Origin: Camelus dromedarius
Taxonomy: Eukaryota
DNA length: 64,000 bases
Direction: 5' to 3'
Assembly: GCF_036321535.1 (NCBI RefSeq)
Contig: NC_087437.1
Coordinates: 56,360,001 to 56,424,000 of the forward strand
Shown here: piece by piece, positions 47,598 to 60,975 of the stretch
Layout of the letters: every line of letters begins with the position of its first letter
Position numbering within the stretch: position 1 is the first letter of the stretch
Notes under the pieces: generated by a model
Told to the model about the DNA's origin: nothing
The model's input: the letters and a program-made list of their open reading frames with translations, nothing else
Databases searched by the model: none
Made by a program: the position numbers and the translations under genes

Positions 47598-50504
47598 CAT
47601 TAGCATTTTAACCTACCTACTAAAAACTACCCGTGAAATTTCAATATCCTGCCTATAGGCGATAAGTGGAGTTCTGTTTGCCCAGGATTGGAAACACAAA
47701 GGTGTTTCCTTGGGAAACCGACTGGGATAAACAACTTTAAAACCTTTGAATGCGGTGCCCTCGTTTATACAAGTGATGCTACACTAATTACAAATAATCT
47801 AAGTCTGTGCAGTTCCCAGAGAAGTCTCATTTGTGCCACTCCATTACTTTCAAAGCGATAAAAACTGCTTTCCCAGTGAACATATTTTTTGCTTATAATT
47901 CAGGGATTTTACTAATGTAGATTGACATTGTCCACGACCCTTGCTCCAGCGTATCTCTGTCCTTTTGAATGATCTTTTGGGTTATTTTGTGAAACGCAGC
48001 AAACTAAATATTGAACACATCCTTCATATGTTTAGTTTATCTCCTGCCATGGGCATTGGGCGGGGGAGGGGGTTGATGTAAGAGTTGAAATAGACACTGC
48101 TGCAACCAGAGCATCTTATTTAAAACCGAGCACTGCTATTTGATTGCTGTGATATCTTGAGTAAGACACTTCACTTTTTTGCACCTAATTTCTTCATCTG
48201 TAAAACAAAAAAATTCTATTCCTTTCTGAATAAGGGTTGTGAATATCAAATAAAGTAAGAAAGACATGGAAAGAGCACTGTGTATACTGTCAGAGCATGA
48301 ATTATTGCAGTTGAGTAAGGCACCTTGTATACAGTGAGGATTTGGAAAATATTTGTTGAATGAGTGAACGGATAGTGTTCTCAGAGTCAAATATCCTAGG
48401 GGTCGCTTCTCTCCACATGTACTCCTGGCTTGGCTTATAACCTCTTCACTTCCTGCTTTCTTCTGGTTCCTGACCACACTCCTCTCTCTTGACCCAAATC
48501 GTGCTTCAGGTGAAAAGTTCCAGAGTGCAGGGTTTGGGGAGTGATATGAAGTGGTCAAAGGAAAGTCTGCTACATCTTCCCATCAGCTCTTCCTTTCTAA
48601 GCCTAGATGCTGCCTTAGAGCATTTGAGGTGTTTAGCAGTGGCAGGTAGAAATCCAGTCATTCACTGGAACATACACAGTCAGGAAAAAGGGAATTTTCT
48701 TGCTCAGCACCAGCACACTCAGGGGATTTCACTTTAGCCAAAAAAATAATGAGCTGCAGTAATGTTGAATCAGACACTATGAATCCAAATTAAACATTAT
48801 TCTGGGGTTAGTCCCAGAAGCTCCCCTATGTGGATACGTGGACAGGAGTGAGGGTCTCTCTCATTGTCATCACACACAGGATACACACAAATGTGTGCGT
48901 TATAAGGCGTAACCGAGTCTTACACTAATGGGGGTGTTGACAATCCCAGGGTATTCTTGTAAATCGTCTGACAGATTTTAGTGAGGAGACATCTCCTTAA
49001 AGAGAGTCTGGAGACAGAAATGAATGTTGAGAGGCCAGAGGTGTGGAAAACAAATGAAAGCATCATCGTGTTTTCCTGGATTGAGAAACAGCCCGTAGGA
49101 TCACTCCGTGCAGAAGACCACAATCCTTCAGCCCACGGTACGGAGCACTTCCGTGTGCCAGGCTTAGTGTGAGGCCCTGAGAGACAGACACTCCTCAGAG
49201 GTAGACTACTGTTCTCAAGGGTCTCAAGAGAAAAGGCATACACACTTAACTGTAGTGCAGGGTAAAGGACCACATTACTGCAACTAGAAGGCAAAGTTGT
49301 AGGGAGAAGGAATAAATTACATCTGCCTAAAGGAAGCAGGGAGGTTTCATGAAGGAAATGTTTTTGGAAATAGATCTTGAAAGATGGGCAGTGTTTGTAC
49401 ATGTGAAGAGGGGATGCAGGGCATCTCAGGCAGAAGGGATGATTAAAAGGGAAGGGAGGTGTGGTGGTGATTTATAGCACCATCTGTGCGTGTACCTGTA
49501 GCCGCAGCCCAGCTTATATGAAGAGTGATGTGGAAAAGCATTGTCTAGATGATTGTACCGCCTGATCCTGGAGGAGCCAGAATGTCGTAGGAAGGACAGC
49601 AGGGAAATAGAATTAAGATGGGCTGTGTGGGAAAATTGATTTGGTCCTGGTCATTAGTCAGCCTTTACAGGTGTCCTCATGGCACCCAAAACTTACCTAA
49701 GGCTTTTACAGCCTTCTTGTTTGTGATGTGCTAAGCATCTCTTCATTTGGCTTTGGAGAGCAAGATTTCAGTCTGCTTTTCAAGTGTCAGTGGATAGAAA
49801 GAATATTTATATGCAAAAAGGCACTCACTGGTTTTTAGGTCAGCCTAATGAATACACATTTTCTCATCTTTCTCTTTTTCAGAGTAGGGCAGACCAATTA
49901 AAAATAATAGCACTTTAATTCCTCTAGCATATACTCAGGTCGTAGAGGTGAAAGGGTTATTTGCCAGGTCTCCTCATGTATGCTGACTCCTTTTATAATT
50001 GGAGAAATAAGAGCTCCCCTCTGTTTTCTGACTCCTCTGTGGTGTCCTATGTTCTGATTCAGCAACAGTCTTTAAGCATCAGAAATGCCGGAAGAAGTGA
50101 AGTCATTATCAGCTCCAATTAGCTATACTGGCCGAGCGTAGCATTACTGTACTTACATCCACCAGCATGTCCTGGGTCTCACTTTAGCTAGTCATTATGC
50201 TCCTGTTTCTCCATCAACTTGCCACAGGGATGGTTTCGCAAATTAGAAAATTGATTTGAAATTTCCCACTTTTTTCCTCCAGTTAAGAATTCATGACCCC
50301 TTACCTCACTAAGAGCTTTCTCTAGCACACCTCCTGAGAGAACTGACAGGAACTTTTCAAAGCTTAGTCTGTTGCTGGGTTGCCTTATACAGATGAAACC
50401 CTTTTTCTTTTTCTTTTTTCCCTAAAAGAACTTCAGTCAGCATTTATGAGCTGTGGGGAGAATTCTAATGCTTGGAGATATTTTAAACAAAGATTCCTAA
50501 AGCC

Positions 50505-50715
50505 AATTGAGTTTGAGGAGCGCTGTTAATGATTCTTAAGTAATTTGCTTTCACAGTGTGCATTAGCATTCTAAAGGCCCTGAGAAGTCATGCAGAAAAA
50601 GATAACTTTTTGGCCTAATATTTCATCTAATATTAACAACCTAATGTTTCTCTAAAATGAGGGCATAATGCCAAAATGTAATTTCTTAAAATCATTTTGT
50701 AGAAGCCCAAGCTGG
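50505..50715. mobile_element. MER103-like hAT DNA transposon fragment
   Basis: cattagcattctaaaggccctgagaagtcatgcag resembles the recalled MER103C core. Confidence 0.5.
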
Positions 50716-51605
50716 ACAATATGGATCAATACGTCGTCTTTGGAGGGTCTAAGTTAATCCAAGGATAAAATAAAAAATATGTATATCAAGAGCCTTGAAT
50801 TTAGTAGGTGTATTAGGACCGAGTGTCCAATTCATCCTCTGTCTACCTCCTAGGATTTATGTAAGGTTTTTTTTTTTTCTTAATAACTTAGCGATCCTTT
50901 AAAACCCTGTCTGTGTCAACAGAGCTGCTGAATCTGATATTATTTTCCTGAATCCAAAGAAACACCAAAGGGGATTAAAATAATAAGACATTAATTTCGG
51001 CTGCAGAATGCCAGTGTTGCTGACCCTGCGGGGTTATTGCAAAGCGAGATTAATTATGCAAATGTGCCACCCTTGGCTTTGGAGTTGAAGTACCCTGTTG
51101 TAATTCACTGCAGGATCATTCATGTAGCCAGCATATTGATACGATTATTATTCCACCAAGGCTTTATCCGCCCCTAGACAATTACAGAACCACTTACCAG
51201 CATCTCTCATTGACTTCTTATTTAAAATTCCCAGTGCCACGACAGGCATTCAGGTCCTTTTGTTGGAGACAGCCACAGATCAATGATGTGAAGCAACATG
51301 GGATTTTCTTTAGGACATGATGAATGCTGAGATTGTTCGCTAGCGAGAAGGTAGACATTCAGACTCCAGTACAAAATGGTGTTTCTGTGGCCCCGTGTCT
51401 CTAACAGACTTTTAAAGTAATGACAAGAGCAGAGAGGGAACATGTAGTGGAAAGATCATGAGATCTGGTGTCATGGTATCTGAGTTGAAACACGGCTTCA
51501 CCAGGCATCTGTGGAACTTTGGAGAATCACTACTTCCTCTGTAAAATGAGATCGATGTTAACTAGCAAACTCCAGGCAGTCTCCAGAGGTTTAAATGAAT
51601 ATGTA

Positions 51606-51629
51606 TGTGTGTGTGTGTGTGTGTGTGTG
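51606..51629. repeat. (TG)n microsatellite at the end of a MIR (~51440-51600)
   Basis: Directly visible. Confidence 0.9.
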
Positions 51630-52690
51630 TTGGGGGGGAAACTTTGTGAATGGCAAAGGGTTTTCAAAAAAATATTTTTGTGTGCTAATAAGAAAGGCTT
51701 CCATTCTTGAACTGGCAGTGTCAGCATAATCAAACATGCTTTTCGTGGCCCCATTGCTTGGGTAATGTCCTATTAACTCCTGTAATCACGAGTACTGCTA
51801 CCTAGGGCAGAATGTGGTAACCATGCGTTGATATGATTCGTGGCTCCAAGGAGTGTCTGCCCTTGAAATGATGTGCAGAGTAAAATTCGTATTCTGAATC
51901 ACTGTTCCTGGTATGTGCTTCTAGGGACTTCATAACTGCAAGATAATATTCATCTAATTAGAATTTTTCAACAAGTTTTCCGTCCTGTTCTGTGCTTAGT
52001 GGTAAAAAGTAAGGCTTGTTTCATTTGACTTTTGCTCTAAATGCCTTTCTTTCTGTGCATGGCTGCATTTCAGACTGTTACCTGTCTTCAGAATCCAGCT
52101 GTAGGGTGATCTAGTTCAAGGAATACCCGTGCCCGACCCATCCCCCCACAGCATGCTCTTTCGACTGTGTGCATAACAACACAGGAGTAAACACAGCTAA
52201 ACTGTTTTGCACAGTTAAATAAATAATCGTAGCAAATATTATTTTAGGTATTTTATATATGTTCAGCCATATAACTCTGTCAACAAACATATGAATTATA
52301 TGCCGTTACTCTCCCCTTTTTACAGATGAGAAAACTAAGTCTCAGACAGATTAAGTAACTTGACCAATATTCCATTGGTATTAAGTGGCAGAGCTAGGGA
52401 CTGGAACATTGAACTAAAAGAACAGGCTTTTATCCACAAGGTTAAATTAACAAAGTACGTGCTGGAGACCCCTGCTACGTTGTGAGTTCCTGGATGCCGG
52501 GGGCATGTTAAAAATCTGTTTCCTCCTTTAGCATTTAGCACAGAGGGTCCACATAGTGGGTACTCAGTTACTGTTTATTAGCCTTGCATTGGAAAAGATG
52601 CCCCTAAAAAAATGGTGCAGCCACAAAATACCCACCTTGTACTCTATGTGTGTGTGTGTATTTTAGTATGTGTTCTGCCATCCTGCCCAA

Positions 52691-52959
52691 TTTTCTTTTT
52701 TCTTTTTTTTTTTAACATTTTTTATTGCGTTATAGTCATTCTACAATGTTATGTCAAATTCCAGTGTAGAGCACAATTTTTCAGTTATACATGAACATAC
52801 ATATATTCATTGTCACTTTTTTTTTTTTTTGCTGTGAGCTACCACCAGATCTTGTATATATTTCCCTGTGCCATACAGTATAATCTTGTTTATCTTATTC
52901 TGCATATGCCTGTCAGTATCTACAAAATTTGAAATCCCAGTCTGTCCCTTCCCATCCCT
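52691..52959 (-). mobile_element. Lineage-specific (camelid-type) L1 3' end
   Basis: Poly-T then aacattttttattgcgttatagtcattctacaatgttatgtcaaattccagtgtagagcacaatttttcagttatacatgaac, recalled as camelid L1 3' UTR; no TSD recognised. Confidence 0.75.
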
Positions 52960-53628
52960 CATATTAAACACCGTTTGAACACCTCCCTGTGAAGGCAGTG
53001 TTTTATTTTGTTTTGTTTTCCTAAGTCACTGTATACTGAAGATAAGGCATACTTGTTGAAATTAGGGTCACTTGAGTCTTCAGTGGTTTATGAATCAGTG
53101 GATAGTAACACTATAAAATTCCAGCTCATTCTCATTCCGATGAAGGGGGATGGTGTGGTCTTACTTTATTGGCAATAAAGTCACCAAATGTCAAATGCTT
53201 ATGTAAAGAACTGTGGCCAGAACCGCTCCCACCCCTTCCCTCCATCCAGAGTGATCTGGTTGACTGAGGTCACATCCCAGACTACGGGACTGGTGGGTGC
53301 ACATTGCCATCTGTCAGGATGATCCCCATGTCCAAAAATCAGTGAAAGAAGCCATAGAATTTTCTCAACAGGGACACAGACTCACACAGACCTCCTCAGT
53401 GTTAGTTCATAAGGGGATTTTCTTTAACACTTTAGATACAGAGAGATAATATTTTCTTTAAGGCTTTCTAGTTTTGGCTTATGTGGGTTCCCAGGAAGAT
53501 CTGGAATGTTACCTTTGTGTTTCAGGGACAAGATTGGGGGTGGGGATGAGGAGAATGCCTACTGGACTGTGTTCTCCAGTAGACAGAATGCCTGAAGCCA
53601 GAGGCTGTCCTGAAGCCCTGTGCTTTCT

Positions 53629-53670
53629 CACGATTGGCACCTCGGGATTGGCATCCCACGATTGGCACAG
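53629..53670. repeat. 3 x 14-bp tandem repeat, each unit containing GATTGGCA
   Basis: cacgattggcacct/cgggattggcatcc/cacgattggcacag. Confidence 0.85.
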
Positions 53671-54881
53671 TGTCGGTCTGGTCCATGGTAAGGCTTCTGT
53701 GAAAGTTCTGATTTAGCTTTTGCATTTAACCCTTCTTAGCAAAGCTAGTTGTGGAAACTGAGGCACCAGGACAGTAAAGTGCATTGGCAAAGTCACACAG
53801 CTAATTCATGTAAGAGGCGGGGCTAGGACCCGGGACTCAACCCTCCTGTCTCTCTGTGTAATTGGCAATGAGGAACCCCCGCGTGCTGCAGGGTCTGTTC
53901 AAGTAGCTGAAGCTACTGAAACTTTCAGGTCCCTGAACACGGGAGCATGTGAAGCTCTAGTCTGATGGATGATCTCTAGCAAGCATTTTTTTTTTTTTCC
54001 CTCTAACAAGCAGAGGGAAGTGCTTGTGTGAAAGGACAACTGAAGGTGTGTGAGACCGGGGATGGCTTAGACCCATTCAAGTCTGATTTCTGAAGGCAGA
54101 TCCACTTTGGGGCAGTGGATCTTGGTGAGGGTCACAGAACCCACAGTAATATCAGTTAAGACCCATCCCTGGAAGAGACTTGGCTCTTTTAGCTTTGCTA
54201 AAATCTCAAGGGCTCATGTAAACATGTGTGCAAAGTAGAAGTATCAGCGCTTCATATTTGCATCATACTTCACCATTTATGAAGCTCTTTCATAAATACC
54301 TAATGAGATCCTCATCGCAGCCTATGAAGTAATATTTGACATTCCATTTTACTGATAACAATACCAGAGTTCACAGGGGTTAAGTAAATTATCCAAGGGC
54401 TCCCAGTTAAAAAGTGACCAACAGCAAACTAGGACAGAGGTTGACTGTATCCTAGGGAGATGTTCTGTCTACCCCCTAGCAGTTGCCCTATAATTACACG
54501 TGTTTGTTGTGTAATAGCTTCAGACTTTATACTGTGGACACAGACTTGGAGTCCTAGCCTAAAAAAGGGAAAGGAAAAAACCTAACTAAAACAGATTAGG
54601 ACAAAATTATCTCTGGACTCTAAAGAAGGTACAGATATCTGTCTAGCGTTTTCGGAGAAAACATAGTTTACTTTCAGCCAGCACTGAGCTAAGAGAGAAC
54701 CAGGCAAGGCTGCAGAGGGAGGTGAAGCTGGAGGAAGGCTGGGATTCGTTGCTTTCCCTGGTTCTGTCTCAAGTAGAGTTGGGTGATTCTGAAAAGCATC
54801 AGTATCTGATGGATTGAGAATTGATCTGGGAATTAGGACTGGAGGCTGTCCCTTCCCTCATTAGAGCTCTCACTGTTTATT

Positions 54882-55110
54882 TCAGTATTTCCAGTGGAAC
54901 CCTAAGAGGTACAATGCATCAAAAAGGGTTATCTGGCCAGGTAACTTTGGTTAATGCTGGGTTAAAACAAGTCAACCACAGTATTTGCTTGGTAGACTGC
55001 CTGAGCCTTTAAAATGTGAAGGTATATTGGGAGTCTTCAAGAAAGAGATATGTGACACATTGTGTTTAAAATCCTCTAGTCACATGGTCCTTTGGCAGAA
55101 TGCTCACCGT
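54882..55110. mobile_element. MER103-like hAT DNA transposon fragment (opposite orientation to the 50505 copy)
   Basis: aatgctgggttaaaacaagtcaaccacag...ctgagcctttaaaatgtgaa. Confidence 0.5.
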
Positions 55111-56094
55111 GGGATATGATAGTTTTCATCATGCGCTTTGATATAATTGTACTGTCCCTGACCATTCACTTGTTCTTTTTTCTATACTTTTCTTTCTATT
55201 TATTTTGTTTTTATAAGTCTGACTTTGCTCCCAAACTGAGACCCATGATTATAAGAACTGTGAGTTTATTTTTGTATACTGCACAGTTTCTATTAAAGTG
55301 TATGAAATAGGGGCTCAATAAATACTTCCTGATTTGAACAAAATTCAATTCGGTGTCCTCAGAAGCTAGAGTGTGCAGTCTTTATGGAGAAATCTATGAA
55401 AACTTGGCTGTAGTTTTGTTCCTTGTGGCCTCTCTAACAGTGTGTAGACGGTGTCTTTCTCTAGAGAGCCTCCCAGACAGGATCGTGATCTTCAGACCAT
55501 CGCTTTGAATTAGAGAGGTTATTAGTGGCAATGTCGTTACATGAAATTTAAGGGGAGAAAACCTCAGATGGCTAAGAAGCTTTTCTATGCTGAGAAAAGT
55601 AATGAATTTCCTAACGTGGAGGTGACTCAGTCTTAGTCTGTAAGGTGATTTGACCGTTTTGTGTTGGTGGCAGTTTAAATTTCACCTAATTCTCTACTTG
55701 AACTTCAAATAACATCGCATTTCCCCAGTGAGCCGCTCCCTCCTGCACACCCTCACTGCTGTGAAGTGCTTCTGCAGCCCTGTTCCCCAGACTGAGGAAT
55801 TTATGTCTCAGGACCACAAGCTCCATGAGAACAGCAGTGGTTTCCAGCTCTCCTTCCCTTCCGGACTGTGTCCGGAGCTTGACGGATATTTGCTGAGTGA
55901 ACTAGAAGGAATGTTAGATACATTCATCATAAATATTTTCCCCCAACCTAAAGCTCCTTGAGATGCCTCCTTGTCACATTCTGTGTTGATTCTGTCTTGA
56001 TTTAAAGTTATATTGTTATCCTATACCTTTCTCTAACCTCTCCCTGTTGTTTTAAATCACCCTTTAACTTCAATCAAGCAAAAGTTTGTCCATA

Positions 56095-56290
56095 TGTTTT
56101 TTACAGAAATGTAACATGTTAACGCTCAATTACATAAATATTAAAGGTACAAATTGCCGAATTTTTATAAATGCATCATCAGGTAACACTCACCTGAGTA
56201 GGGAATAGAGCATCACCAGACCTTAGAAACCGCACTCTTGCTTCTCCCTGTCAATGTTACCAAAGGTCATCCATGCTCTGGTTTGAATTA
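56095..56290 (-). mobile_element. Ancient L1ME-type 3' end remnant containing the probable homolog of human IL1RAP exon 2
   Basis: aaggtacaaattgccgaatttttataaa...gaatagagcatcaccagaccttagaaac...caaaggtcatcca resembles the L1ME 3' UTR, antisense. Confidence 0.6.
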
Positions 56291-57744
56291 AGCCATTCAT
56301 AACATGACAACTTTTTGACTTTAAGATCTCCACCCCTTCAAATCTTTAAAATCTAAACAAACAAAACAATAAAAGCGCATCTTATTTCACAATAAAACCC
56401 AATGTCATGACAATTTATATTAGCATAGCACCTTGCAATTTGGGACTTCCCCGTGTCACATCATTGGCTCGTGTACAACTGCCCCAGAGGCTTTTACTTC
56501 CATTTTTAAAATGAGGGATTTGAGAATTAGAGAAGGGAAACCTTCTGGACCACGATTTCTCCAAGTTCAAGTGGCTTTGTGGAGTGTATCCTAACAATCT
56601 TGGCTTTTCTGTAAGTTCCAGAGGCCAGACTTACAGCTGTGACTGTCTTTTCAGAAATATTTTGGGAACAGAGCACTAAACTTGGACCTAGTACGTGAGA
56701 AAAGTAGGGCATGGCAAGTTTTGCACAATGGTCAGTGGTCAATTCGAACCTAGTAACCTGAGCTCTTGTTTGTAAGTGATATTAATGGTAGATCGTATTT
56801 GTGTACTGCTCCACAATTTCTGAAGTGTTTCTCATATATTATCTCATTTAATGAGAACTAAATGATAATTAGAATTTGCTGAGAGCTGTTTATGTTCCCG
56901 GACAGTGCCGAGTACTCTACAGGAATTATCAAGTGCACGCGTCCCAACAAACTGATGAGTATCTTTCACCCCCTGCAAGACTCCAGCCTCAGTATCCATA
57001 AGTACAGAGCAGCTAGTCATCAAATTGTCCACCCACTGAAGAGAGGGTACCTTGCCACTCTTCCTGCCCTAATTAAGAAGTTTGAACAAATGCCTATCAC
57101 ACCAGTTTTAAATTAATCATCAAGACGGTGACCAGGCTATAGCTCTGTTGTCGGTGAATATCTCCCCTCTTCACTCAAGCTGTCCGGGATCATCCAGTCA
57201 AACTTAGAGCCCCAAGTTCAATGCACTTTTACCTCCTTCTCACTGAAAACCTAGTTCCAGTTCTCCCTCACCCCACTCACCCCGCTGAGCATCTTGCTAT
57301 TCAAAATATTAAAGAACAAAAGGAAATCAATCTGCTCGCATTCTATTCCAAGTTTCCAAAGGTGGCAGGTGGTATATTGTGTTGTACATGTCCTCTCAGA
57401 GTTCCAAACACTTTGAAGCTCTTCAGTAAGAAAGGGGAAGGAAATATCTAAGAGAAGTGTGCACATGTTGTCTGAACTTTGACTCTGCTGTTGTATCGAG
57501 GTTAGCAACACCGGCTTGATGTGCAGCAAGTTGGAACAGTTTCATTGATCTCTCCATGTGCCTCTACAGCTAGACTTTTTTGGAACATTCCGTACTTGAC
57601 AAAGGGACTGTGTTCTTTTGAAAGAGAAATTTGAAAATAGAAACCAAATTTGGGTTAAAACAGATTTCATTTATTTAAACTGTCTGAAGGGGTTCACAAA
57701 TCATCTGTGGAACTTTGTAAAAAGAAAAACCATGCCACTTAAAA

Positions 57745-60700
57745 ATATTTTTAAATTAATATACAATAGAAATGAATTTGGGGGAAATACAACTCTATGA
57801 ATTTTAACTCGTGGATAGACTCATTTAGTCACTGCCCCAATCACGACACAGAACTGTTCTGCCTCCCAGGGGACTCACTTGTACTGTCCCTTTGTAGTTA
57901 CCCTCATATTACCTCTAGCCCTTGGTCTATTCTCTGTCACATTAGTTTTGACATTTTGGAAATGTTATTTAAATGGATTTGGATGGCGGGTAACCCACTG
58001 AGGCTGGCTTTTTCTTCACTCAGCATAATGCCTTTGCCCAGTTGTTACTAACAGCCCATGGCTGTGTATTGCTGACAAGCAGTCTGGGTTTTTTTGGATA
58101 TACCAGGGTCTGTTTATTGATTTCCCTGTTGAAGGACATTTGAATTGTTTCTAGTTTTTGGCAGTTAATAATGGAATTGCTATACACATTCACATATAGG
58201 CTTTTGTGTGAACACTTTCCATTTCTCCTGGGTAAATAGCTAGAAGTGGGATTGCTAGATCCTGTGTTGTGTGTGTTTAACTTACTAAGAAACTGGCAAA
58301 TGATTTTCCAGAGAGTCTGTATCATTTTGCAGTCTCAGCAGTCGGAGAGTTCCAGTTGTTCTGTATTCTCTTCCACACTTGGTATTGCCAGTATTTCTTG
58401 CTTTAGTTATTCTGAAAGGTGTATCCTTTCATGTGTTACTGTGCCTTCTGAATATCCTTTTTGGTAAAGTGTCTCTTTAAGACTTCTGACATTTTAAAAC
58501 TGGGTTATTTGTAGTGCGATTCCTACAACTTTATTCTTTTTCAAAATGGTTTTCAATATTTAAGATACTTTTCTTTCCATATAAATTTTAGGATCGACTT
58601 GTCTATATCTATAAACAGACCTTGTTAGGATTTTTGACTGAAATTTCTTTAAATCTGTCAAGTAATCTGGAGGAAGAATTGATATCTTTTCTATGTGGAC
58701 CCTTACAGTCCATGAGTATGGTATGTCTATTGTATTATTTTCGGTTGCCAGTGTAATGAAAACCAGAAACTTAATGGCTTGAAAACAACATCCACTTATT
58801 ACATCAGAGTTTCTGTGAATCTTCAGAAGTCCAGGTACCATGTGGTTCAGTTAATTCTCTGCTTAGGGCCTTACAGGGCTAAAATCAAAGTGATCAGAAT
58901 AACAGCAAGTTTCCATTCCTTTCTGAAGGAATGAACCCTCTTCCAAAGTTGTTGACAGAATTTCATGCCCTGTGGCTGTAGGCTTGAGGTTCCTGTTTCC
59001 TGGCTGATTGTCAGCTGCTGGTTGTCCTCAGTTCTCTCAGGCCACCTGCATTCCAGACACGTTGCTATGCTCCATTTATCGTTAAGCATCAAAGGCCTAT
59101 TGCTCGTCATTTCTTTGACTCATCCTTCTGCTGCATCTCTCTGACTGTAGCCAGAGAAAGTTCTCTGCTTTTACGAACTCATGTGGTTAGATGAGGCCCA
59201 TCTGGATAATCCAGTATAATCTCCCTATTTTAAGGCCCATCACCTCAATTACACTTGTGAATTACCTTTGCCAAGTAAGGGAATGTGCGTTCCAGGGATT
59301 AGGGCATGGCTAGCGCTGCCAACCACATATTTCCATTTATTTAGGTTCTTTGACTTCTTTATCAACGTTTTATAAATTTTAGCATACAGCTTTTACACGT
59401 TTGGTTAGGCTTTTTAGCTAGGCATTTTATTTCCTCTTCTAGTTTTTGTTACCAATATTTTAAAAAGAAGATTGTTTCCCACTGCTCATTGCTAGTCTGT
59501 AGTAGCAATGGTTAATTTTTATGTGTTGTCTGTATGCACTGTAACCTTGCTAACCATACTTATTTAGCTCTATTTAAAGATATATATATATATATATATA
59601 TATTCCTTAGGATTTTCCATGTTGAAAATCATGTCATCTGTGAATAGCCTTATTGCTCTGGGTAAGACTTCTAGAATGATGTTGAATAGTACTGAGAATG
59701 AATATCCTTGCCTTGCTCATGATCTTAGTGGAAAAGTATTCAGTCTTTCAACATTAGCTGTGGTGTTAGCTCTAGGTTTTTGGTAGATGATCTTTGAGAA
59801 TGTTCCCTTCTACTTTTAGTTTGCTGAGATTTTTTTTGTCACAAGTGGGTATTGAATTTTGTCAAGTACTCTTCCTGTGTCAATTGATATGATCATTTTT
59901 GTTTGTTTGTTTTTTCCTCTTTGGACTTTAAAAATACTGAAATTAGCCTTAAACTCCTGGGATAAACTGTGCTTGGTTGTAGGATATCTGTACATTTATT
60001 TTCCTGTGCTACCTGTGGTAGATTTGAAATCAGAGTAATATTGATCTCATTAAATGAGGTGAAAACTATTTTGTCCTCTTCTTTTTTCTGGAAGGAATTA
60101 TGTAGAACTGATGTTATTAATTTAAATATTTGGTAGAGTTGACCAGTGAAACCATCTGCATTTTTTTTTTTTTTTGAGATTTCTAACTGCAAATACAATT
60201 TCTTTTAATAATATAGGATCATTCAGATTGTCCGTTTAAGTTTGGGTGAACCTTGGTAATTTGAGATTTTTGAGATATTGATCCATTCCACCTAAATTGT
60301 GGAATTTATGTGCCTAGAGTTTTTAATATCCCTTTACTAGCGTTTTAGTGCTTGTGTGATCGGTAGTGATGTGCCCTATTTTATTCCTGATATTAGTGAT
60401 ATGTGTTTTTTTTTCCTTGTTAGTTCTCCTAGCTAGAGGTTTAGCAATTTTAGTGTTCTTTTCAAAGAACTAATTTTGGTTTTATTGTTTTTTTAATCTA
60501 TATATGTATTTCTGATTTAAAATTTGATCTCTGCTCTTCATTATTTCCTTCATTTTGCTTGCTTAGTTTAGTTTTCTTTTTGTAGGTTCTTAAGGTGAAA
60601 GATTAGACTATTTTCTTGAGATCTTTCATCCTTTTTACTGTAAGCCTTTCGTACAACAAACTATCCTCTAAGCACTGATTTAACTGCATCCCACACCTTT

Positions 60701-60975
60701 TGGTATGTTGGATTTTCAATTTTATTAAGTTCAAAATATTTTCTAATTTCCCTTGAGACTTTCTCTTTGACCCCTGGATTATTTAGAAGCATATTCCTTA
60801 ATTTCTAAGTGTCTGGAGACTTTCCTGTTATTTATTTACTTAACTGATAACTAGTTTAATTCTATGGTTAGAGAATATACTTTCAATTCTTTTAAATTTG
60901 TTAAGGTTGATTTATACTGAATGACATAACTTCTCGTGGCAAATGTCTTGGGTATATTTGAAAAGAATGTGCTAT
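57745..60975 (-). mobile_element. Fragmented L1MD/MC LINE-1 (3' UTR plus ORF2 pieces), interrupted by MLT1
   Basis: ORF 59893..60198 reads ADGFTGQLYQIFK...SFNEINITLI, homologous to L1 ORF2 PDGFTGEFYQTFK...SFYEASITLI; 3'-UTR motifs at ~57.8-58.4 kb; (TA)n at ~59579-59602. Confidence 0.85.
58731..59327 (-). mobile_element. MaLR solo LTR (MLT1D/E-like)
   Basis: tgtattattttcggttgccagtgtaatgaaaaccagaaacttaatggcttgaaaacaac...ggataatccagtataatctccctatttt...gggattagggcatgg...accaca. Confidence 0.8.
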
